Source of the DNA: Vitrella brassicaformis CCMP3155
Taxonomy: Eukaryota; Protista; Chromerida
Assembly (NCBI GenBank): GCA_001179505.1
Contig: CDMY01000440.1
Span: 12,120 to 76,119 of the forward strand
Direction of reading: 5' to 3'
Length of the DNA stretch: 64,000 bases
A model generated the notes under the pieces. The model was not told the origin of the DNA and searched no databases. It saw nothing but the letters and a program-made list of their open reading frames with translations. Below are positions 45,870 through 58,600 of the stretch, one piece after another (the first letter of the stretch is position 1; each line of letters begins with the position of its first letter). The position numbers and the translations under genes are program-made.

Positions 45870-47991
45870 ATGGATGTGGAGAAGAAGCTGGAGCTGTCGC
45901 TTGACGACCTGATAGCCAAGGAGGGCCGAGGGAGAGGGCGAGGGCGAGGCGGCTCGCGAGGCGGCATGGTCGGTGGTGGGAGGGGCAGTGGATCTGGCGG
46001 CAGGGGTGGTGGTGGAGGTGGTGGCGGCAGTGCGATGGACGTCGACATGACCGGCGGCGGATATGGGCCGCAGAGGAGAAGCAGGGGAGGAGGAGGCAGA
46101 CAGAGCGACAGATTCTCCCCCTACCAGAACGGTTCGTGCGCACACAAACGGTGAACGAACAGGCAAACAGCATTGTGTGTGTATGTGTGATGCCTGGTTG
46201 AGTGGGTGCAGGTGTCGTGCGTGGCTCAGGAGGGCGGGGCGGTCGAGGCGGCGGTCGAGGTGGCGGCTTCGCGAGCCAGTCGCAGGCGCACAGCTTCCAG
46301 AATGGCGTGGTGCCCGACCGGCTCCTGACGTCGAGTGTGTTCGTGTCGAACGTGCCGCAGTGCAAGGCTGGCGACCTCCGCAAACACATGGCATCCGTCG
46401 GCACCGTCGCAAACGTCAACATGCTCTACTCCAGCGGCGGACAGTTCATCGGCAGCGCGTAAACGACCCACACACACATACAAGAGTGGCTGGCATCATG
46501 GTGGTTGTGGAGTATTCTTGTGTCATGGTGGGTGTGTGGTTCAGTGTCGTTGACTACGCGACCTTTTCCGACGCGAAGCGAGCGATCGGTGAACTGAACG
46601 GCACCACATTCAGAGGAAGCACCCTCGCCGTGCGGGAGGTAAGGAGGCCAACGTCATCGGTTAACCAATCTGCCCCCCTCCCTCTGTCTCTCTCTCGGTG
46701 TATGTGTGTGTGTGTCGCGGCCTGTGTCATCAGAACAACCCCGACAAGGACAGGACGTTCCACACTGCCCCCATGGTGGCCGGCGGCGCCCCCCCTGCCC
46801 TCCGAGGCGGCCGTGGCGGCATGGGCGGCCCCCCCGGCGGCATGCAGCGCCAGTTCCCCGCGCCACACATCTACCCCGCACCAGCCGGACCGCAGAACGT
46901 CAACATCGGCGACAGACAAGTGCTCATCTCGGGGGTGAGCGACCGAGCCGAGCGAGCCACGGGGGAGGGAGGGAGGGGGGGGCCATGGGCATGGGCAGCG
47001 GGGAACGGAACGGGCCTTTGTGTGCATGGCATGTGTGTCGCGTGTGTGTGCGTTGTGTCGACCAGATCCAGGGAGTGGTGTCATGGCAGGATGTGAAGGA
47101 CGCCTTCAAGACAGCTGGTGAGGACTATGTATGGGACGACAGACACGACGGGCGGGGCGCCGGCCGACACGACGGCTGCTCTGCCGTGCGTGCTGCCCTC
47201 AGTGTTGACATTCGTGGGGACAGAATGATAAATATGATACGAAGGATAGCTTGCTTGATTAGATCAGTGCATAAATAGCTAGACGATTTGTGCGCTGGTG
47301 GATGGATGGATGGCTGGGTGGGATGGATGGGATGTGTGGGTGGAGGGATGGGTGTGATGGTCGGGGGCATGTTGGTTGGTTGGTTGGCTGGGTCGGTGTG
47401 TAGGTGAAGTGGAGTTCGCGGACATCCTCAAGGACAGCTGGGTCAGCTCAGCCACCACACACAACACACACACACAACACACACACACACACACAGCACA
47501 GACACACAATGCTCCCTCTCTGTGTGCCTGTTGATCAATCAGGGTCAGCCGACGGGCAAGGCGATTGTGCGCTACCGAAATGCAGCCGACGCACACCGGG
47601 CTGTCAGTAAGTGCAGCAAACTCACAACACGACACACCACACCACGGGCAGACAGGCCGTTCCTCCGTGTCTAATTCCGTCCATTTGGGCCCCCCCGTGG
47701 CCGTCGACGGTTTCGCTCTCGGAGGATACCGACACACCACACACCCCGCCCCCACCAGACTGGTCTCTGTGTGCGGAGAGAGATGAGAGAGAGGGCCCGG
47801 TGTGCACAGACCAGATCAGACCAGATCAGATGCCGTGTGTGCTGGTGTCCGTGCGGCCCGGCCGGGAGGCTGTAGTGTGCAATCATCCGTGTCTTCTTTT
47901 GTCTGTCTTGTGTTGTACTGTGTGTGCAGATGAGTACAACGGGGGTCAGCTGAACAACAGGGCCATCCAGGTGCAGATCGACAGAGTGTGA
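45870..47991 (+). CDS. Two-RRM RNA-binding protein (GBP2/Hrb1-like RRMs, ALYREF-like N-terminus), paralog B
   Basis: MDVEKKLELSLDDLIAKEGRGRGRGRGG...DRFSPY. RRM1: SVFVSNVP...GQFIGSA|VVDYATFSDAKRAIGELNGTTFRGSTLAVRE. RRM2: QVLISG|IQGVVSWQDVKDAFKTA|GEVEFADILKDSW|GQPTGKAIVRY...|EYNGGQLNNRAIQVQIDRV*. Confidence 0.9.
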
Positions 47992-49608
47992 CTGACGCCT
48001 CTGAACGACCGACGGACCGACAGAGCGAGGAGACGGAGGACTCATCAAGACAGAGACGGACAGACAGAGGCGCACAGAAAGGCCGTATGTTGGTGTAAGT
48101 GTGATCCCGCCCTCCCACTGGAGCGAGTGTGGTACGTGCCATCCCACAGACTGACGTGAGGGGGAGGGAGGTGTGTGCGGTGGTGAGAGCGTGGTGAGTG
48201 AGTGAGTGATTGATTGATTGCTACGAGTGAGTCTTTTAATTTCCACCTGCTGGCTGGCTGCCGGCTGGCTGTCACTGGACGGACGGCACATGCAGCACAG
48301 AAAGATTAGGGTGTGAGAGTGAGGGTGAGAGTGAGAGATTGCCCTGCCTGCATCAGACAAACCTTCACGTCTGCCTCTGTCTGCCTGCCTGCGTCATCGC
48401 ACTGCGGGTATCGGTTTAGGCTGTGTGGGTGCGCATGGAATTGATAATTAGCCGTGATGGTATGTATGTTGGTCGACACGGTGAGGGGGTTGATGACAAA
48501 ACATCTATCCATCCAGCGAACCATCCGTCCATCGTCGGCCGTCTCCACGATGCATCTAGGTCAGTCAGGTGGTCTTCACGCTCACACTCAACTATCTACA
48601 CACCCATACACACACACACACACACATACATACATACATAATGTATCCAACCAGCTGCGGAGAAAACGATCCCAATATGAAAGCAGTGAGTGAGTGAGTG
48701 AGCCCCTCACGAACGAACCAACGACCCATCCATCCATCCAATGGCATCCAGGCATCCGTGAGATGAGTGAGGCAGGTGCGACAGACGTAGTATACACATC
48801 AATCACATGACATGACAGGACATGACATGACATGACAGCTGCTCTCGCTGGCTTGAGCAAACTTCCCCGCTCGCTTGCTCAATTACATACCCACCATACC
48901 ACGACAGACACACAAATGCTCTCTCACTCACAGATGCACACCCCGTGCCAGTGGATGGACCGGCCCAGTGATGGATACTCGGGCTGATGCCAGGCGGCGA
49001 ACGTCAGCCTCCCAGGGCCATTGAGAAGCCCTGCGGACTGGCGTTGCCGCCCAAGATCGCACCCAACCTCACGGACCGACCTTCCTCCTTTCAACACAAC
49101 AACAAGAGCTGCACTCACTCACTCACTCGCGTATTCAGAACCCATCAACCAATAAAAGCTCGCACAACGAGGCATGCAAGCGCTGCCTCGTCGAGCCTGT
49201 CTCGGCGGCCATCCTATGACGCACCTTCACACAAGGCCCCAAACTGACATGCTCAAGCCTGGGACGGCTGAGCGGGTATGTCAGCGAGGCGGCCTGTGTG
49301 GCAGGTGCGTCAATGTCCAGCGCCCGAGCCAGGCCGAGAAGCGGCGTCAATCAACTCAACAACAGTGCGCTCATACATAAGGTACAGACGACCTTTGTGT
49401 CTCTCGCTGCATCAGTGTGCGGCTCATGCTGACCGCCTCGCTGTCTGTCTGTCTGTCTGCCTACCCCCTCTCTTTCTTTCCCTCTCTCTCCCTCTCTCTC
49501 TCTCCGGCGACTACGCAGCTAGCCACTCGTCTGCTATCCTCTCGGCAGCCACCTACCCACCACACACCCCACAATCACTCGCCCAGCTCGTGGCCGGGGC
49601 AGCGTTGG

Positions 49609-51519
49609 TCAGCCGCTGGCAGCGACGGTTGACGCGTCACTGGTCTTCTGTGCGCCGCTGGTGGTTGCGGGTTTGATGAGGCCCTCCCTCTCGGCCTCGT
49701 CGACGCTTTTGACCTTCTCGATGGCCGGCAGGAAACACTGCTTGATGTGGCGCTCCTGCACACACACACACACACACGCACACACACGCACACACACACA
49801 CACACACGGGGATACGCTCGTGGTGTTGTGTTGTGTTGTGTGGGGGGTGTATGGTGGGGCTGGGTGACCTCGTTTTTGAATCGTTCGATGATGGTTGGCG
49901 AGTGGAGCATCCTGCGGTTGTTGAAGAAGGCCACGTCGTTGGGCTTCCAGCGCATCACAAAGACGTGCTCAGGCTGCACACCTGACACACACACACACAC
50001 ACACACATAGGGTGGAGAAACCCCTGGCTCCACTCCACTCCACTAGCAGCAGCAGCAGCAGCAGCACCCACCTGGTGTGAGTATCTCGCCCGTCAGCTTG
50101 TGTGTCTCTGCCGGCGTCATGGGCCCGTCAGGCCCGATGAAGCGATACAGCGTGTGGTTGCCCGTGTAGATGCTCTTCTTGCCGTCCTTCGACACGTGCA
50201 CCAGCTGTGTGCACAAAACACACCACACAACACACAACACACACACCCATCCATCCATCCCCTTTCCCTGTCCCTCTCCCCTCTCCCACTCACTGGATGC
50301 GTGACGTGTCTCTTGGATCGTTCGGTGCCCTCTGCGGCGTGCAGCTGTCTGGTCTCCTCGACGTCGTCGGTGCGGTGTGTGCCGAACCAGTCGAGCTTCC
50401 ACCCGTGCACCTGATAGTCGTCCTGCACACACACACGCACACACACACACACACACATGGCGCGTATTGTGAGGCATGTGTGTGGAGTGAGGTGAGTCGG
50501 GTGGCCGCATATATACATAGTATTCGGCCGTCAGCCTGTCGATTTTGGCCTTGACAGCCTCGTCGAGCAGGTCGTAGCACACCACCGACGAGGCGAACAA
50601 CGTCTCGCCGCCCTTCTTGGGGGCTGAATGAATGAATCACTCACGGACACACAACACAAACGTGACGCCACACGCGTGTGTGTGTTCCATCCAAGTGACT
50701 TGACTGACCCTTGATGCAGTGGAGGCAGGACCATATAATGGGCGTCTCGGACCAGGCGATTCCGTCGACATGCCAGGCATAACTGACGCACGCGCACAGA
50801 CAGAGAGGAGGGGTCTGGTGAGCAGCGGCGCCGCATCCCGGCCCGTGCGCACTCACCCTGGGTGGACCACTTTGACGTACTTCTCCGAAGGCCACACTGA
50901 GTTTCGGACCAACGGGTGGTCACTGCACCAAGCCACACACACACACACACACACATGTCAAGGGAGATACGAATCGCGTATCGTTGTGTGAGTGAATCGA
51001 TGCGCACGTGGTATCGAAGTTGTTGCCATGGCCCTTCGCGATGAGCTCCTTGTTGTGCGGCTGCAGGGATGTGATCACATTGACCTGATCCACTGTCTCG
51101 GGGAAATCCTGCACACACACACACACACACACATGCACACAGACAGAAACCACATTACACATGCAGAGAGACCACCTACATCTCCCCGCCTGTCGTCTCC
51201 GCACTCACCTGCCCATGCACGACGATGACATCATACTTGTCCTGCACACACCACACCACAGACAGACACAGACACAGTCACAGTCACAGGCCTGACTGTC
51301 TTAAATTCTGCTGGCTGCCTGTTCCACCATGAGGTCTTTGAATGCCTGCATCTGTTGGGCCGACATGTTCTTGAGGTCGAGGTCCTCGTCCAGCACCTCA
51401 CACCCAAACCCATGCGGATGCACCTCACGCACTGTCAGACCTCCGACCTGGATGACAGAGGAGGAACCGCCTTCCACCTCGTCCAGCTTCCTCTTCTTTG
51501 CCGTCGAGTCTGTCTCCAT
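49609..51519 (-). CDS. TauD/TfdA-family Fe(II)/2-oxoglutarate dioxygenase
   Basis: Spliced WHVDG (HxD), APKKGGETLFAS, VTHP|LVHV, RWKPNDVAFFNNRRMLHSP (distal His) and terminal R. Start METDSTAKKRKL. Confidence 0.9.
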
Positions 51520-51586
51520 GACGGGGCAAGGACAAGGCGACACGAGCAGAAAGGCTGTGGAAGGAGATCTGCGAAAGCCGCAATCG

Positions 51587-51605
51587 CTGCGAGCTTGGCT
51601 CGCAG
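51587..51605. promoter_or_regulatory. Perfect palindrome CTGCGAGC-TTG-GCTCGCAG in the 107-bp TauD/DUF2358 divergent spacer
   Basis: 8-bp arms with a 3-nt spacer. The right arm extends as TCGCAGATCT (51600-51609), the inverse of AGATCTGCGA (51565-51574). Confidence 0.6.
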
Positions 51606-51626
51606 ATCTGGCGAACACTTCTGCGC

Positions 51627-52029
51627 ATGATGTGGCTGTGGACGGCGCTCACCCTGTCTGCCGCTGGCAGCCCAGCACTATCCTCAGCTTTCGTGATCTA
51701 TCACCGCGTCATCGGCTCTTCACGAAGTCGGGCCAAGCCCTGGCTGCAGATGAGGCCGTCAACAGACACTCAGCAGCAGAGGAGTGCTGAGAGCGATGCG
51801 CCAGCACAGCAATCTGCAGTGGACAGAGATGGGAGGAGGAGGCGGCCGACGGAGCCGCCGAGTCAAGACCCGTTCATCCAGCTGGCGTGGTATGCGTCAG
51901 AGAAGCTCGGCGAGGTCACCGCCCTCTTCCGGCCGAAACAGCCTGCAAATGATGCTCAAATTGTCGGGCAAAGGGAGCCTCTGAACCTGGATGACGCCAA
52001 GCAGCGATTGCGTGAGTGAGGCATTGCAG

Positions 52030-52061
<32 letters not shown>

Positions 52062-52869
52062 GGAAGCTTTGGGCAGAGTGCGGGGGTGCTGTGTTGCTGT
52101 GCGGTGCGCCCGTGCGTGCGTGATCGTTGTGTGTGCAGGGGGTGATCTTGACCGGATGTATTTCGTCAATGGTGAGTCTTGAGAAACATAACTAACTGAC
52201 TGACTGACACACATGGACATGGATCGCCTGGACGGGATGCAGGGGACATGGATCTTGACCTCTACGAGCCCGACTGCACCTTCGAGGACCCTTTCGTGAG
52301 CCAATGAGCCAAGACACCGAACGAATCAGATAGAGCAACTGTCGTCATACATTTGGCCGCTCTGCACTTGATAGATACAAGGTGTGCTGTGCCGTTCTCT
52401 CCCTCCCTCCCTCCCTCCCTCCCTGCCTCCTCTGTATGCCTGTGGTCACTGCAACGTGCACTGACTGCAGGTGTCCTTCACAGGTCTCTCACGCTTCAAG
52501 AAGAACCTCGACAACCTCGCCCCCTTCATGACGGAGGGCGACCTCACACTCACCAAGTGGACGGAAGACACAGCGCCAGACGGCGGCCTCATCATCCGCA
52601 CCAAGTGGCGCTTCCGCAGCGTCATCGGCGTGCCGTGGCAACCGCTGCTGGCAGCGGCGGGCGGCACCGACTACTACTTTGACGCCGGGACCAACCGTGT
52701 CAGTCGTCATGTGGAAAGTTGGGACATTGAGGTGTGGGATGCGCTGAAACAGCTGCTGCGGCCCAACCCTGCTGCGAGCGTCGCACAGAGGAGACGACTG
52801 AGAGAGAAAGAGATGCAGAGAGAGGGGCAAGGGCAGGGGCAGGGGGCGAGGAGGGAAGACACCCAGTGA
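51627..52869 (+). CDS. DUF2358 (NTF2/SnoaL-like) protein, likely plastid-targeted
   Basis: Leader MMWLWTALTLSAAGSPALSSAF-VIY (signal peptide plus SAF motif). YFVNG|DMDLDLYEPDCTFEDPFV|SFTGLSRFKKNLDNL...WQPLLAAAGGTDYYFD...VSRHVESWD. Confidence 0.85.
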
Positions 52870-53341
52870 GGCGGGCGGGCAGGCAGGTCGGTCGGCAGTT
52901 TGTGAGAGTTTTTTGTCTCGTGTAGTAGATAGTCAGGCAAGGAGTCTGTCTGGTTTTGGTCGCATTGCATTTCAGTCACGTGTACATGTGAATGGATGGA
53001 CCCATGTAGCTAGCTATCTATCTATGTATCGTGCGTTCTCGTGGCCCACTGCGATGGACAATGCGATAGTGGACAGACAGACAGACACACCGACATGCGA
53101 TGGTAAACCACTACGGTGTGCGTCATTTCTGGCTGGCTGGCTGGCTGGCTGTCTGGGGAGAGACTGAGGGGCTATGGCCACACGGTGGGCAGCCCGCCAC
53201 TCTCTGACGCCTTATTGGGAAACACCTCGTGAGGCCACTTCAGACCACCCATGTGACCTACACACACACGCACACACAGACACACACATACACCCAGACA
53301 GAGAGCCGTCCTACCTGCCCTTCAGTGAGTCACTCACTGCC

Positions 53342-55429
53342 TTAGTCACTGACTCTCTCACTCTGTGCGTATCGCTCGATTTCCTCTCTCTGCCTCCTGG
53401 CCTTCTCCCTCAGTGTGGCCTCCCGCACCTTCTTCGGCGGCGGGTCCCAACGAAACTCAGCGCGCGCATGGACACCAAACGTCTCACTGATCATTGCGTG
53501 CACCAGACAGGTTTTCTAGCACAGTTTGTCGGTGGATACCTACCGTAGGTAGCAGAGCGCGAGTATGATCTGGTTGGCGGCGAATGCGATGACACCGACG
53601 AAGACGTAGAAGAGCTTGCTCTTCAGAGGGCTGCCATGCATGTCATGTGTGCGCAGACAGACACACATGGGTGGGTTGAAGGAGAGAGAGGGGAGGCTCA
53701 CACTGTGAGCTAAGCTGCCCACCACACGTAGGGTACCCTTGAAGGATCTTGCCCGACTCGGCGACCCATGCCAAAGTGGCAACCACCACAAACACACATG
53801 ACAACAACGCCAAACTCTGACGCGAGACACAGAGCAGAAGGCATGTGTGTCCCTGTGTGAGGCCTTCCTGCCTGCCTGCCTCAGTGTTGGGTGCGTCGCT
53901 CACGGCTGACGTGTAGTGTTTGCCCTGAGTGCCCCCGCAGCCGATGAACCAAAAGTCGTCGACATACTCGTAGACAAACCACGCTATTACCGCACCCACA
54001 CAACCTAACACAATCAGACCCACAGCCTGAACCACACACCCACCCACCCACACACACACACACTAACACGCACGCCAAGGGCCGCTAGCAAGCATGCCGG
54101 CCTGCCTGGTCACCTTGCTCTCCACTGATGTGTATAGGTAGAGGCTCCTGAACTGTGAGCAGTAGACCTTGTACTCGTCAAACAGCCGCTGCAGCCTCTC
54201 GTACACCCCCTCGCCGATCGGACCTGTAGGCGGCTCTGGCTCCGCAGTCGTCACATCTGGATCTGGCTCTGCAGTGGTCAGCGCGTCTGTCCCATTGTTC
54301 GTCCCATTTGCGCCGCCAGATGCCTGAAAGGCCACCAGCTGGCCGGCCATCTCTGGAGCAAAACCACGGGAATCCGGCCCCGTTGAATGGTCCAGTGCTG
54401 ATGTTGGTGTCTCCGTGGGCGTATCGAAGCTGCTGCTGCTGTTGGTGCTGCTGGTGCTGGTGCTGGTGGCCACTGTTGTCTCTGGAGTGTTGCCCGGCCC
54501 TGCTGTCTCATGAGCGGCGTTGCCTTGCAGTATCCGTGTGCCGTCCTCAGTTGAGTCTTCAGGAGCCTCCAGTGCGCATGTAGTGGTCGCTTCATTTGTC
54601 ATTTCCACCTCTCGATTGACATAGCTGTCCCGGTTGGCCGTCAGTTGTCGAGCGGTGGTGTCGCTGTCGCTGTCGGTGCCATTGCCATTGCCGTTGATGC
54701 CCTGCAGAAGCGCCTCCTCAGCCCTCCGCTACTCCTCTTGTATCAGCGCCTCATTGAACTACACGCAGCAGACGAAGGAACTGAATGAATGAATGGCGTA
54801 TGAATGTCGTGTGTGTGCCTCCCCGCTCCCTCCCTCCCTCCCTCCCTCCCCAGCTGTCTACCTGGTTCATCTTGTCGCAAATGCCCTGCACGAATGGGCC
54901 CCAGTCGACCGATGACGTGTTCTCATTCAGCTGAGCCTGCCGCAGCCCAATCTTGCCCTTCAACTCCTTCGTCTGACAGACAAGACAACAGCCCCGCCCC
55001 CAATTAACCGAACCGAACCGAAGCGATAGATGGCATGCATGTGATCATTTCCCTCTCTCTGCTCTGCTCACCCACCCGTCTCCACGGGAAATAGAGGCTG
55101 AGCAGCAGGATGAAGAAGCAGTTGATGAAGGTCAGCAGCCGGATGCTGTTCATGATCGTCAGGTACTTGTACGCCTTGCCGAAGAACTTGCGCATGCGAG
55201 CGTCGCACCGGGCGACACAGCGCTGGACCATCTTGCCGGTCCGCTCGGCGACCTCCCTGCAGTTGGTGCAGATGCGGATGCACTCCTGGATGTTCTTGAG
55301 AGTCCGCCGAAATGCGCTGCGGCCCAGTTGCTTCATCTTGTCGTTCATCTTCTTTTGCATCCTCTCCCCCGGCGTCAGGCTGTCCGCGCCAGCCGTCGGC
55401 GATGAGCCCCGCCCTGCAGACGCTGACAT
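53342..55429 (-). CDS. Hypothetical 4-TM protein (TM1, large Ser/Thr/Asn-rich loop, TM2-4)
   Basis: Exons with hydrophobic segments LLTFINCFFILLLSLYF, AVGLIVLGCVGAVIAWFVY, LALLSCVFVVVATLAWVA and LFYVFVGVIAFAANQIILALCYL. Final exon ETFGVHARAEFRW...ERVSD* (TAA at 53342). Confidence 0.7.
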
Positions 55430-55493
55430 GACTGGACGTGTGAATCAGACTCAGCTGGCAGTGGAGGCAAAGTTACTTTTTCCCCCCATCTCG

Positions 55494-55500
55494 GCTCGCA
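55494..55500. promoter_or_regulatory. GCTCGCA half-site in divergent spacer
   Basis: Exact match between the ATGs at 55429 (-) and 55605 (+). Confidence 0.4.
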
Positions 55501-55604
55501 ACGGGCGATCCGGACCCGTTTTGGGTGGGCCTCAGCTCTTCTGCAGATGTTAAGGGAGGGATTTTTGCCGGTCCGTAGCGTAATGTAATTGGTGTGTAGA
55601 AGTG

Positions 55605-58600
55605 ATGAACGACGACACGACAGCCTCTGGTCCAGGGCAGGAGGAGGAGACCATGCCGGCCGACGACGAGCAGCCCTCCGAGCAGCCAAAGCATCAGGTG
55701 TTCGAGTATCTGTCGCCCCTGCAGTACGTCTTCACGGCCCTCCAGCACCTCACACTCATGCAGTTCCACCAGCCCGCCCCGGAGTCGCTGGAAAGACTCC
55801 CTTCGCCGTCATCCGAATGGTGGGTAGGGTGCCACTGGGTGGGTGGATGCATCCACCACACGATAGGCATTTCCTCTCTGTTGTGTCCATGGTTCATCCA
55901 GGTACCCCATATGCGCTGATGTGGGGGACGGTGCCAGGGGGCTGGGAAGCGCTGAGGAGTTTCTGGCCCTGTTTGCGGATGAGGAGGTGCAGGACTACCT
56001 CGGATACCTCGTGGACCCTGTCATGAGGAGCGAGGCCCTACACGCCTTTCTCAACGATCGCACCGGCGCTCCACCGCCGCTCATCCAGGCACTGCTCGAT
56101 AAGGTCGGGGAGGCCAAGCGCAAACAGGAACAGGCCGCCGCTGAGGCACTCTACAGGGTGGGTGGATGTGTATGGGTGGGGTAGGGTGAGAAGGAAGCCA
56201 TGGCATGGCATGGCATGGCCCTGATGCACCCTTCAAGGGCATCGACATCTGGTTGTTTGCTTTGATCTATCAGGAGCAGCGGTTGTCGCGTGCTTTGGAG
56301 AAGGAGCAGGAGGAGTCTGTCCGCAGACACGAGGGGGCCCTCCGCCACCTCGCCAACGAAAGGCAAGAACGAAAAGTGGAGGTACGTCTGTCAGACGGAC
56401 CGAAAGGCAGCCCCTCCCTCCCTCCCTCCGCCTGGCACCTTTGTTTCCGCTATCTATGTCCAGGTTGAGCGGCGTCGGCAGCTGCGTACAGAGGTCATCT
56501 CTCTCCGAAAGCGGCTGGCCAAGTTCGGCGAGGCGCCCTACGCTCTCATGTACGACAAGGCCATCAAACCCGCCATGCTGCCAGCCAATACCACACAGGA
56601 GGTCAGAACAATGGTGGAGGGCGGCGGTGGGCCGCCTCCCCCAGCCGACGGCGGCAAGGCCAGTGGGGGTGCTGGTGGTGTGTCTGGCAACGAGGAGGAG
56701 GTGGAGAAGCTCAGACAGCAGCTTCAGGAAGCGGACGCCAAACTCAAGGTAAATGATGACCCTCTCCTCCCTCAGATGTTTTGTCTCATACCGCTGTGTT
56801 GTGTTGTGTTGTGTTGTGTGTGCAGGGTCTAGAGTCGGAGCGTGACACCCGTTGGCGTGCGCGTGAGGCGCAGCTGCTGGAGCAGCTCGAGGAGGAGCGC
56901 AAGAAAAATGAGGAACTGCAGGACCAGAAAGAGGCTGCACAGCTCGCACTCGAAGCACTCAAGGAAGAAACAGCCGCAGCAACGGCATACCCTCACCAGC
57001 AGCAGCCATTCCAGCCCCCACCACCACCCACAGCCTCCCTTGCCCCTCCCCCCGGCGCACCACAGCAGGGCGGCTTCCTCCCCCGCCACCTCATTGTCCG
57101 CCAAGACGACTCCCCAATGCCCAATGGCAAGGCCAACGGGGCAGCGCTGCCGGCCATCAGCGAGGAGGGGCCGGCGGTGGCCATGCCGGTGGTGGCGCCG
57201 GTTGGGGCGGGGGTGGCGGATAAGGCCGAGGGCGAGCCTCAGGTGCGTCCAAGTGTGCGTATCAAGACGATTCAGTTTTTCAACGACGTCAAGGTGGCTC
57301 AGCTGGAGAATGAGATCACCGAGATGAAGCGGGAGTTCAGCAGACACACGGCTGACCTCACTGCCAGGTAGGTAATGTGGGCATCAATCATCCGTCCGCC
57401 TGTGTGTTGTGTGAATGCATAAGCCATTACTTACTGCACATACACACACACATACACATGTGTGTGTGTGCGTTTGGTGTGTGCAGACACGAGGTGTCTA
57501 TCAGGTCTTATGAGCGTCAGATAGAGGGCCTCAAGGTTGAGCACGACATCATCAGGAAGAGGGCGGCCAAGGCGGAGGAAAAGGCCAAAGAGCACTGGAA
57601 GGCACTCCAAGACGCGCAGGTGAGTGACGAGCGGTCAAGAGACGCGAGACACCACAGCCAGCCAGCTGCTGTCCATTCTTACCGCGCCACTTTCTCTTTT
57701 CTGCATCTGTGTGGCTGCCAGGAGAAGCTTGCGAGACGCGAGCACCGCAAGTCGAGCAGTCTTCTACAGACCCAGCAATCGCTATCCACCGAGACACAGC
57801 CCCTGGACCACTCCACGATCGTCTCGCGCCCCCCCGCCCCGCCCCCATCGCCCCCTCCACAGCACACCCCTCCTATGAGCATGAGCATGACCATGACACA
57901 CTCCCGCCCGCCCCTCTCGCCGACCCACCCATCGGTGCGGCCGCACCCCACCTCATCCACTGGATCGCTGCCACCCAGGCCGCCCCTCTCAAGGCCTGCT
58001 CCTTTCCATGACCACCACCACTACCACCAGCAGCATCAGCAGCAGGATGACATGCATCACCGGGACCAGGGAGAGGAGAGAGAGGACTTCGTTCCCAGTG
58101 CGGCTGGGAGGGCGAGGGCGGGCCCCGTCGGCAGGAGCTTCTATTTGCGGTCGCAGAGTGTCCTGCCGCTGCACGAGGGGCGGGCTGCTGGTGCTGCTGC
58201 TGGTGCTGGTCCTGGGGCTGGTGGTGGGTGGATTGGTGTGAGCATGCGGGCGGGCAGTGCTTTGGATCTGAGCAGACGCATGGAGCGGATGGAGCGGATG
58301 GAGGGTGCTGGGCTGGGGCAGGGGTCGGGCTCGCCTGATGGGGAGTATTCGGATTTCCGGACGCCCCGCTTCTGGGTGCAGGGGAAGGAACAGCTCGACC
58401 ACCTGGAGAAATCAATCCGCTCCGTCCGCGGTGAGTGAGACACCACGCATGGCCATCCCTCTCCCTACGCCGATCCCGCACACACATTCTCTTTCCCACT
58501 CTCTGCTCTGCTTCTCTCCTCAGCTATGGACCAGGAGGTGACGCCCTCTTATGGCGGCTTTGTGTCTCGGGGCGGCATGATGCTGGACAGGTCTGTCCGC

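Noticed and set aside
54704-54783. Two in-frame TAGs (54729-54731, 54759-54761) in Gln-compatible positions; with 29187 they suggested TAG=Gln recoding or readthrough
   Set aside because: TAG is the normal terminator of several genes here (3739-4911, TAF7, DnaJ, copy 3). A phase-0 splice to the TTCTGCAG acceptor at about 54704 removes both codons.
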